Assembly: GCA_035529595.1 (NCBI GenBank)
Contig: DATKWK010000017.1
Location: 116,970 to 180,969, forward strand
Source: Candidatus Bathyarchaeia archaeon
Lineage (GTDB): Bacteria; Patescibacteriota; Microgenomatia; PFEM01; JAFGMK01
DNA: 64,000 bases
Direction of reading: 5' to 3'
Shown: one piece after another, positions 1 through 7,105 of the stretch
Position numbering within the stretch: the first letter of the stretch is position 1
How the letters are laid out: each line of letters starts with the position of its first letter
Translations under genes and position numbers: made by a program
Notes under the pieces: generated by a model
What the model was told of the DNA's origin: nothing
Seen by the model: only the letters and a program-made list of their open reading frames with translations
Databases searched by the model: none

Positions 1-2466
1 TCTTCAAAAAGAATTGACGAAATTCAGGTGGGTGACATAATTCTAACCCGTGAGGATATTGAATCAACCAGGTTGGTTGAGGCGCGAGTCGAAAAGGTTT
101 TTGTTCATCAGGTTAACGAATATTTATTGGTTAATGGAAATCTGAGAGTAACCCCGGTTCACCGTCTGTTTGTGAATAATCGGTGGCAGATTGCCGGCGA
201 TTTAAAAGTCGGGGATAAACTGGTGGATTATACTGGACAGGCGGTTGAGGTTTTCTCGATCGAGGAAAAGTATGGTTCCTTTAAGGTTTATAACCTGCAA
301 ATTGCCGATTACCGAACTTATTTTGCCAATGGTTTTTGGGTTCACAACCAAAAAGGAAACGGTTTTGAAACGGCCAGAACTGACTTTCCGGCGACCGCTT
401 ATTGGAATCCTCACCTGGAAACTAACGACCAGGGAGAGGTCGAAATTGAAGTTGATTTGCCGGATAATTTGACCACCTGGCGATTGTCGGCAGTGGCGGT
501 TTCCCAAGAAACAGCGGTCGGGTCCGCTGTTCATGAAATTCTAGCTACTAAAGAAGTCTTGATTCGGCCGCTGATGCCGCGGTTTGTAAGCAGCGGTGAT
601 CAGCCTGATTTAGGGGTGATTGTCGTTAATACCAGTGATCAAAACCAAGAGGTGACGGTTAAACTTGAAGGCGAAGGTTTCACCATCGTGGCTAAAAGAG
701 ATCAACAGCAAGTAGTCGGGGTTGGCGGGCAGCAGAAATTTTCCTGGCCGGTTACGGTTACCGCTAAAGATAAAGTCAAGGTTCGATTAAGCGCCGAGGG
801 TAACAGTCAGCAGTTTCAAGATCGGGTTGAACTTGAGCTGCCGGTAGTTAGTTTCAGTACCCCTGAGGTAACGGCGACTTCCGGTGAAGCGGCGGACGTG
901 GCTCAAGAGAAGATTTTTCTTCCGGCTGAGGTCGATCAGACTCAGGGGGCGCTCTCCGTTTCTTTATCGCCTTCGCTTTCAGCCGGCGCCCAGCAGGGGT
1001 TTTCCTACCTGAAGTCTTTTCCTTATGAATGTGCCGAACAAATCGCCAGCCGACTGTTATCAGCCAGTCTTATTTCTCAAGCGATGTCCCAGGCGCAAAC
1101 AGATAAAGCCGGCAATCTGACCCGCCAACAACTGGAAGCAGTTGCCAGTGTGGCCGTCCAGAAGCTTAATAATAGTCAACATCCTGATGGCGGCTGGGGT
1201 TGGTGGATCGAATCAGAAACTGATCCCTTTATCAGCGCTTATGTTTTACAGGCGCTTTGGCAAGCCAACCAAAGTAAGTTTGTTGTTGATCAGTCGACGA
1301 TTGAGAAAACAGCTAACTATCTTCAAGGTCAACTGGCAAGTAGTAGTTCCTACCGATTAACTCTTGATGTCCGGGCTTTTGTCCTTCATGTTCTCAATCT
1401 GACCGGCTTTAAAAACGAAAGTTATCTGACGTCTCTTTATGAAAAACGGTACCAGTTAAACTTGGCCGGCCGGGCTTATCTGGCGATGGCCATGCAGGGG
1501 ACTAATCTTTCCCAGGAGCAAAAAAGAATCTTAGGCGATTTGGTTAGTTTGGTTAAAAAAACCTCAACCGGCAGCCATTGGGAGGAACCAACCCCTGCCT
1601 ATTATTTAATGGGCAGCAACAATACCACCACGGCGGTGATTTTAGAAATGTTGACGATGGTTGATCCTAAGAATCCTTTAATTGATGAGGTGGTTCGTTA
1701 TTTGATGGCTAACAGGTACGAGGGTCATTGGCGCTGTACCCGGGAAACGGCGACAATTATTTTAGGCTTAATGAAACAGTTCTTAACTGCCGGCGAAGGA
1801 AAAATAGATTATGAATATGACGTTACTCTAAATCAAGAAAAAATCTTGTCCGGTAAATTTACCAAGGAAAATCTCTTTGATCTGGTAGAAAAAGAGCTCA
1901 CGATTGGGGAGCTTAAAATCGGTGAAGATAATCCTTTCCAAATCGGTAAAAGCGGTCAGGGGAAACTTTATTACAATTTGGACTTGTCTTATTTCTTGCC
2001 TTTTGAAAAGATTGACGCCCTGGAGCGGGGGATGGTGATTGTCCGGGAGCTGGTCGATAGCCGGGGAAAAGTGCTGAATCAGGAAAAAGTGTCAGCCGGC
2101 CAGGACTACTGGGTTCGGCTTACTGTCGTTGCTCCGCAAGAAAGCCATTACGTGATTATTGAAGATAAATTGCCGGCCGGGTTTGAATCGGTCAATGAAA
2201 GTCTCAAGACGACGAATATTTTAAATGTCGACCGGCCGCCGTTTAAAGAGGAAGCCAACCGTTTCTGGTATTTTAATCACCAGGAGCTGCGTGATGACCG
2301 GACGGTTTTGTTTGCCGATTGGCTGCCCCAGGGAGTTTATGAATACAGCTATCGGGTCCGGGCGACTTTACCGGGCCGCTACCACTATCCGCCGGCTCAA
2401 GTCTACCAGATGTATTTTCCCGATGTCTTCGGCCACTCTTCAGGCGACTGGCTGGTAATCGAATAA
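1..2466 (+). CDS. Alpha-2-macroglobulin family protein (5'-truncated by window) containing a Hint/intein-like domain
   Basis: Frame open from base 1. Hint motifs (IDEIQVGD, TPVHRLF, VYNL..YFANGFWVHN ending at 348), then the A2M signature RTDFPATAYWNP, LPDNLTTW, thioester motif PYECAEQ (CAEQ 1030-1041), DGGWGWW and C-terminal ELRDDR/GRYHYPPA. Confidence 0.93.
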   Translation, partial: SSKRIDEIQVGDIILTREDIESTRLVEARVEKVFVHQVNEYLLVNGNLRVTPVHRLFVNNRWQIAGDLKVGDKLVDYTGQAVEVFSIEEKYGSFKVYNLQIADYRTYFANGFWVHNQKGNGFETARTDFPATAYWNPHLETNDQGEVEIEVDLPDNLTTWRLSAVAVSQETAVGSAVHEILATKEVLIRPLMPRFVSSGDQPDLGVIVVNTSDQNQEVTVKLEGEGFTIVAKRDQQQVVGVGGQQKFSWPVTVTAKDKVKVRLSAEGNSQQFQDRVELELPVVSFSTPEVTATSGEAADVAQEKIFLPAEVDQTQGALSVSLSPSLSAGAQQGFSYLKSFPYECAEQIASRLLSASLISQAMSQAQTDKAGNLTRQQLEAVASVAVQKLNNSQHPDGGWGWWIESETDPFISAYVLQALWQANQSKFVVDQSTIEKTANYLQGQLASSSSYRLTLDVRAFVLHVLNLTGFKNESYLTSLYEKRYQLNLAGRAYLAMAMQGTNLSQEQKRILGDLVSLVKKTSTGSHWEEPTPAYYLMGSNNTTTAVILEMLTMVDPKNPLIDEVVRYLMANRYEGHWRCTRETATIILGLMKQFLTAGEGKIDYEYDVTLNQEKILSGKFTKENLFDLVEKELTIGELKIGEDNPFQIGKSGQGKLYYNLDLSYFLPFEKIDALERGMVIVRELVDSRGKVLNQEKVSAGQDYWVRLTVVAPQESHYVIIEDKLPAGFESVNESLKTTNILNVDRPPFKEEANRFWYFNHQELRDDRTVLFADWLPQGVYEYSYRVRATLPGRYHYPPAQVYQMYFPDVFGHSSGDWLVIE

Positions 2467-2497
2467 TCTATTATTGTGTTAGCTTCAGGAGGAGATT

Positions 2498-2749
2498 TCA
2501 CTCTTTGCAAGCTCTTTGCCGGTGAATGATTCGGTAAATAATAATTTTCTTGCTTTTATCGAGTTCGTAAATAATTCGATAAGGCCAGGCACGAAGTGAC
2601 CAAAGACCCTTTAATTTGCCGAGTAATGGTTTACCTGAAAAAGGCTCAGATTGGAGTATTTTTAATTTTTTGATGACTTTTCTTTGTTCTGCTTTGGCAA
2701 GATGAGCGAAGTCGTTTTCAGCTTTTTCGGAAAGAATAATTGTCGGCAT
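2498..2749 (-). CDS. RelE/ParE family toxin
   Basis: 83 aa; GKPLLGKLKGLWSLRAWPYRIIY...IIHR RelE pattern; directly downstream of a Phd-type antitoxin. Confidence 0.88.
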   Translation of the reverse strand: MPTIILSEKAENDFAHLAKAEQRKVIKKLKILQSEPFSGKPLLGKLKGLWSLRAWPYRIIYELDKSKKIIIYRIIHRQRACKE

Positions 2750-2755
2750 TAGATA

Positions 2756-3022
2756 TTATAGCTGGTATTTTTTCTCAAGTTTCTTAAGAGTAATATACTT
2801 TCCTTTTCTGATTTGCCTCCTGGCTTCTTTAATGGATTTTAAAGCATCAGGAATAGAAAGAACCTCCGCAGTTTCTTCAAGAGATTCAAGTTCTTCAAGA
2901 CTCATAACTACCGCCTTGGGCTTTCCGGAAACGGCAACCACAAACCTTTTTAGTTTCTTTTCTACCTGGCTAATAAAGGTTGGTAAATTGGATCTGAAAT
3001 TAGATATTGCCACTGTTTCCAT
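2756..3022 (-). CDS. Phd/YefM family antitoxin
   Basis: ATG at 3022; METVAISNFRSNL...GKPKAVVMSLEELESLEETAEVL Phd/YefM pattern. Confidence 0.88.
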   Translation of the reverse strand: METVAISNFRSNLPTFISQVEKKLKRFVVAVSGKPKAVVMSLEELESLEETAEVLSIPDALKSIKEARRQIRKGKYITLKKLEKKYQL

Positions 3023-3029
3023 TGTCTGT

Positions 3030-3058
3030 AATGTACGATATTTTGTACAAATTGTCAA
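3030..3058 (-). promoter_or_regulatory. Sigma70 promoter with TGTAC operator-like repeats for phd-relE
   Basis: Minus strand TTGACA (3058-3053)-17 bp-TACATT (3035-3030); TGTACG/TGTACA hexamers overlap the promoter; predicted start falls at or next to ATG 3022. Confidence 0.65.
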
Positions 3059-3163
3059 GGATTAAATTCTTTACGGACCAAACTTTTGGTTGAAAATATA
3101 AAATACCGCTGTACCGTACCTGTTCCACATTAGGGGTGGAACTTTATTGTCAGTAAAGTAAAT

Positions 3164-3200
3164 TTGACAAAAGCCGTTTTGTATTGTATTGTCATTTACA
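3164..3200 (+). promoter_or_regulatory. Sigma70 promoter/operator for brnTA
   Basis: TTGACA 3164-3169, 17 bp, TATTGT 3187-3192; TTGTA..TACAA inverted repeat over the -10; ATG at 3201. Confidence 0.6.
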
Positions 3201-3509
3201 ATGAAAGACGCCGCTAAACCTAAACCGGTTAAATTTGATTGGAATGAAGGCAATAAAGAAAAAAATTGGCACAAACACCGGGTTGATTTTCGGGAATGCG
3301 AACAGGTTTTTTTTAATCAGCCGTTAAAAATTTTTTATGATAAAAAGCACTCGCAAAAAGAACCAAGATTTGTCGCTTTCGGGAAAACCGATAAAAACAG
3401 AAAACTGATGATAGTTTTTACTCTCAGAGTAAACAGAATTAGAATTATTTCGGCCAGAAACCAAAGCCGAAAAGAAGGGAAAATCTATGAGCAAAAGCAA
3501 AAAAATTAA
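3201..3509 (+). CDS. BrnT (DUF497) family toxin
   Basis: FDWNEGNKEKNWHKHRVDF..HSQKEPRF..RIISAR; ATG 3201 preferred. Confidence 0.9.
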   Translation: MKDAAKPKPVKFDWNEGNKEKNWHKHRVDFRECEQVFFNQPLKIFYDKKHSQKEPRFVAFGKTDKNRKLMIVFTLRVNRIRIISARNQSRKEGKIYEQKQKN

Positions 3510-3765
3510 ATCAATTCCCAGATTTGAGAACGAAGATCAGGAAAGGGAATTTTGGGCGAAACATGACGTCACCGATTATCTTGATCAATTCGAACCGATA
3601 GAGTTTGATTTATCGGAATTAAAACCTTCAACGAAGTCGGTAACCATCAGATTGCCTGAGTCTCTTTTGGCCGCCTTAAAAAGTCTAGCTCACCGGAAAG
3701 ATATTCCTTACCAGTCGTTAATGAAGGTTTTTCTGGCAGAAAGAGTTAAGCAAGAATTCCGCTAA
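3487..3765 (+). CDS. BrnA/CopG-like antitoxin
   Basis: IPRFENEDQEREFW...VTIRLP...IPYQSLMK RHH-type C-terminus; overlaps brnT. Confidence 0.88.
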   Translation: MSKSKKIKSIPRFENEDQEREFWAKHDVTDYLDQFEPIEFDLSELKPSTKSVTIRLPESLLAALKSLAHRKDIPYQSLMKVFLAERVKQEFR

Positions 3766-4015
3766 AACAACACCCATCACGAATTAATCTTCAGCCGTAG
3801 CCAGAAATCCATTCCTTTTCTGAAAAAAGACTTGGTAAGTTGACTTGTTTTTTTATCTGAAAGAAAGATTAGATGTCAACCTTTCAAGAAATAATAAATA
3901 CCGGCGTGTCGTATTTGTTCCACATCGGGACGGAAATTGTCTGAGAGTTCTATTTACTTGATCGGGTAATTGTGATTTGAAAAAACTTTGCTATAATAAG
4001 CATCAAGGAGAAAAG

Positions 4016-4255
4016 ATGAATAAACGGATCGAAATCAACCCCCAAGTTTTAGTCGGAAAGCCGGTTATTAAAGGAACCAGAATTCCGGTCTATCTGATTT
4101 TAAATCTTTTAGCTCATGGCTACGACTTCAAACGGATTATCAAGGCCTATCCGATTTTGACCAAGGCCGATATTCGGGCGGCGCTTGAATACAGCGAAAA
4201 GAGACTTAAAAGAGAAAAGGTTTTCCCTTTAAGTTTTAAACCAGTTTCAGGATGA
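4016..4255 (+). CDS. DUF433 family antitoxin
   Basis: [22 protein letters not shown]...[15 protein letters not shown]; AAGGAG SD before ATG 4016. Confidence 0.92.
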   Translation: MNKRIEINPQVLVGKPVIKGTRIPVYLILNLLAHGYDFKRIIKAYPILTKADIRAALEYSEKRLKREKVFPLSFKPVSG

Positions 4256-4617
4256 TCAAATTTCTTCTTGATGCCAATCTCTCTGTTGAAACAGCCCAAT
4301 TTTTAAGAGACCGGAAATTCAATGTTAAAAGTCTTCTGGAAGAGAATTTAGGCCAAATTTCTGATCAGGAAGTAGCTAAGATTGCTTGTAAAGAAGGTCG
4401 AATTATTATTACTCACGATCTTGATTTTGGGGAAATTTACCACTTCAAGGAAGAAGAAAAGCTAGGTATTTTAATCCTCAGGCTGAAAGACCAAACAGTT
4501 GAAGCCGTTAATAAAATCTTAGGTGAATTTCTTAAAAATAAGATAATTCAAAAACAAAAACTTGATCACTCTTTGATAATTCTTGCTGAAAATTCATATC
4601 GAACCTACAAGTCCTGA
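4252..4617 (+). CDS. DUF5615 PIN-like toxin
   Basis: KFLLDANL...SDQEV...[13 protein letters not shown]; ATGA overlap with the DUF433 gene. Confidence 0.9.
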   Translation: MIKFLLDANLSVETAQFLRDRKFNVKSLLEENLGQISDQEVAKIACKEGRIIITHDLDFGEIYHFKEEEKLGILILRLKDQTVEAVNKILGEFLKNKIIQKQKLDHSLIILAENSYRTYKS

Positions 4618-4801
4618 TAGTAGTATCGCTTTCAGCCTCAATACCGGAGCGGAAGAGACTTAAAAAAATAAAACAACACCCATCACGAATTAATCTCTAG
4701 CCGTAGCTATAAATTAACCCGCTCCGGGTGTTGAGTCTTGTATCCCCTCAGGGTAATTCCTGCCGCAGTTGGCAAGTTTTACCCGTCGGGGAGAAGGTCA
4801 G

Positions 4802-5722
4802 TTAGGGTGGGCAGGGACACCAGTCAGGAAAACTGGTGCCGTAGGTGTCTTCCAGTTCCACGCTGGCCAGATCGGCTTGGGTTGGGCTCGATGCGGTGTG
4901 GAAGAACAGCACTGGCGCCCAGGCCTGGGGGTCGACCACCGTCCAGTGGACATGGAAGTCCACAGCGTCTGCCGGCCTCACGTCCCGGTACCACCCAGAC
5001 ATCATTTGATACTGGAATGGTTGGGATCCGTGAGGGACTTCATCTATCCGTGCCCCTTCCCCGGCTGCGAACCAGACCCTCGTCCAGAGACCGCTCCAGG
5101 GGCCCTCTTCCATTCGAACCGTCAACTTGCCGCCGGTTTCGGAGCCAGACAGCTCTAGATAGTTGGCATTGTCCTGCCAGAAGACCCTCCAGACTAATGT
5201 GTCGCTCCAAGCGGAGGGCGGACCGTCGTCCCACTCACCACGGACCCGAAACCAGAAAGTGCCGAACGGTCGGATTAGGTCGACCCAGTTGTGTCCAACG
5301 AACTGGATTTCCTGCCACGTCTGGCCCTCATCCACCGACTCCTGGAGGCGGAAGTAGTCGAAGATCTCCTCAGTGCTAGGGTCGTAGTACTGCCAGAAAA
5401 GGGATACTTCAGTGGAGCCATTGACATCGTTCCACCACTCCGGCCGCCAGGGGAAGTTCTTTCCCATGAGGGGGAAATAGAGAGTGGTGACTGGCGTAAA
5501 GGTGATAGGCGCGGTGGCGATGGCCACGGGTGTCTCTGATTCGGGCTCCTCTTTGGGACGGACGATCCAGCCTCGCTCAGGATTAACCGCTTCCCATCCT
5601 TCGGGAACGGATGGCGGAGTCGGTTCTTGAGCCGAGGCGTGGGTGCCGCAGAACGCGATGATCACCAGCCCCAGCGGGATGGCGATCGCGGCAACGATGT
5701 TGAGCCATTTTTTCTTGTTCAT
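4802..5722 (-). CDS. Secreted hypothetical protein with FN3-like segment; GC-rich, probably horizontally acquired
   Basis: AGGAG SD plus ATG 5722; signal peptide (..HASA|Q); LYFPLMGKN motif; WFRVRGEW..SAWS FN3-like strand; visibly higher GC than neighbours. Confidence 0.7.
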   Translation of the reverse strand: MNKKKWLNIVAAIAIPLGLVIIAFCGTHASAQEPTPPSVPEGWEAVNPERGWIVRPKEEPESETPVAIATAPITFTPVTTLYFPLMGKNFPWRPEWWNDVNGSTEVSLFWQYYDPSTEEIFDYFRLQESVDEGQTWQEIQFVGHNWVDLIRPFGTFWFRVRGEWDDGPPSAWSDTLVWRVFWQDNANYLELSGSETGGKLTVRMEEGPWSGLWTRVWFAAGEGARIDEVPHGSQPFQYQMMSGWYRDVRPADAVDFHVHWTVVDPQAWAPVLFFHTASSPTQADLASVELEDTYGTSFPDWCPCPP

Positions 5723-5769
5723 GTGTCTCTCCTGAAGTGGGTTATGTGGCTGACGCTTTCCGGCCAAGC

Positions 5770-6203
5770 GATTCCTCTTGGAGAATGGGTGACTAGTCCT
5801 TTCCTGATCTTTCCTAAGGATCAAGAAAACGAAATCTCCAAGCTGCCGGAAGCAGAAAGGGTAATATTTAATTAAAAGCCAAAACTGCGACTCACCTCGG
5901 AGGAGCCAAGGTCGTTGCCTTGTCACCGTCCGAGGTGTTTGGGCGCTTTCTTAAAAAGTGCAAAGTTGGAAATTACTCCCTCTGTTTCCGGTAGCTTCAA
6001 AGATTTTTCTCCAAGAAACCCTAGTTAACTGACCATGTCAAAGTGCTTCTTGCCGAAAAGAGCCCTTTTCCGGCTGCTTTAATAGCCGGTCAAGATGATC
6101 TTAACCGCAAGGAAAGAGGGAAATGATTATTCTGTCTTTCCTTATGGTTAAGGCAATCAAAAACAAACCCGGTTTTAGAGGTTTATCTTTTGATCTCTAA
6201 AAC
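5770..6203. other. Extended hairpin-rich non-coding region (candidate structured RNA or ssDNA element)
   Basis: Nested stems 5777-5785/6007-6015 and 5840-5865/5972-5997, plus hairpins 6070-6089, 6101-6151 and 6172-6203. Confidence 0.55.
5893..5937. repeat. REP-like palindromic element (CACCTCGGAGG family)
   Basis: cacctcggaggagc...caccgtccgaggtg; related copies at 7460-7521 and 19682-19717. Confidence 0.7.
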
Positions 6204-6209
6204 AGCCTT

Positions 6210-6238
6210 ATTATAGTTCAAACAAAGCCAAATTACAA
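6210..6238 (-). promoter_or_regulatory. Sigma70 promoter pointing into the structured region
   Basis: Minus strand TTGTAA (6238-6233)-17 bp-TATAAT (6215-6210). Confidence 0.6.
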
Positions 6239-6313
6239 GTACTATAGGGTTTTTGAAAACAGCTTTACAATTTATGATATGATATTCTCTAGAATAGAAA
6301 TTCATTTTTTGCT

Positions 6314-6580
6314 ATGGATCAAAAAATAAAACCTGAGAAACCATCCATCAAAGTCGCTGTTCCTGACGTCTTTAAAGCCGGTGTTCATTCCAACGTAGTT
6401 TCCGTGACCTCCACCAGTGATAATGAGGTTATTTTCGATTTTATATTTTCCAATCCCCAAGAAAAGGAAAACGAGATGCGGGTTGGGGTTTTGGTTTCAA
6501 GAGTAGTTTTGCCGACGTCTGTCGCCAATCGTTTATTATCAATTCTTAAAAAACATTTAAAAAAATCTCAAGTTGAGTAA
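6314..6580 (+). CDS. DUF3467-like protein
   Basis: GVHSNVVSVTSTSDNEVIFDF...VSRVVLP pattern; 88 aa. Confidence 0.75.
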   Translation: MDQKIKPEKPSIKVAVPDVFKAGVHSNVVSVTSTSDNEVIFDFIFSNPQEKENEMRVGVLVSRVVLPTSVANRLLSILKKHLKKSQVE

Positions 6581-6585
6581 TATTT

Positions 6586-6813
6586 ATGACCGCTGTTTCT
6601 TATTTCAACATCCAACTTCCAAATTTAAAATTTCATGATCAAACAAGCGATTTTGGTTTAATTATTCAATCAGGTTTTACGCCACCCCAGAAAGAAACCA
6701 AAGATTTATTCGCTCTTATTGAGCATTTAGATATTATTCAAGAATCCCGTGAGTTGATAAAAAAAGGTCAATTTATCACCTGGAAAGATTTTGTTAAAAA
6801 GAATGAGTCTTAA
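6586..6813 (+). CDS. Putative antitoxin
   Basis: C-terminus IQESRELIKKGQFITWKDF resembles the C-terminus of the Phd antitoxin at 2756; overlaps the following toxin. Confidence 0.55.
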   Translation: MTAVSYFNIQLPNLKFHDQTSDFGLIIQSGFTPPQKETKDLFALIEHLDIIQESRELIKKGQFITWKDFVKKNES

Positions 6814-7105
6814 AAATGAAGAAAAAACCTATCGAATTATTCTTCCCAGTAAAGGTCGAGGTTTAAAGGAGATAAAAAGGCTTTATAAAAGAAGAGAGAG
6901 ACAAGTAGAAAAGGCGATTAAAAAACTTCAAAAGTTTCCCACAAACATTAGCCAAAAAGGAATTGAAAAACTGAAAAACCCCATTTTTGGCCAATATTCA
7001 ATTCGAGTCGCTGCTGGTGATAGGATATTTTATGATGTTAATAGTCAAACCGGAGAAGTTTATATTTTACGGGCAGGCAAGCACGATATTTACAAGCGAT
7101 TATAG
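6803..7105 (+). CDS. RelE/ParE family toxin
   Basis: IEKLK..GQYSIRVAAGDRIFYDV..VYILRAGKHDIY; basic, ~100 aa. Confidence 0.8.
   Translation: MSLKNEEKTYRIILPSKGRGLKEIKRLYKRRERQVEKAIKKLQKFPTNISQKGIEKLKNPIFGQYSIRVAAGDRIFYDVNSQTGEVYILRAGKHDIYKRL

Larger units (their letters stand above)
3101..3935. repeat. Degenerate ~40 bp direct repeat A upstream of two TA modules (copies 3101-3141 and 3896-3935)
   Basis: aaataccgctgtaccgtacctgttccacattaggggtggaa vs aaataccggcgtgtcgtatttgttccacatcgggacggaa. Confidence 0.65.
3763..4707. repeat. 39 bp direct repeat B downstream of two TA modules (copies 3763-3801 and 4669-4707)
   Basis: taaaacaacacccatcacgaattaatct(tc/ct)agccgtagc; 2 mismatches. Confidence 0.9.

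Noticed and set aside
1-348. Canonical splicing intein with homing endonuclease
   Set aside because: No LAGLIDADG region and the +1 residue is Gln, so it is treated as an intein-like Hint domain.
3071-3274. 67-aa minus-strand ORF between TA modules
   Set aside because: Overlaps the brnT promoter and start; only its repeat A part is meaningful.
4738-5875. Plus-strand ORFs (4738-5379, 4769-5158, 5291-5539, 5627-5875)
   Set aside because: Shadow ORFs of the GC-rich minus-strand gene, which has an SD and a signal peptide.
5723-5926. N-terminal extension of the 374-aa ORF
   Set aside because: SD and signal peptide point to ATG 5722; the extension runs through hairpins and a repeat.
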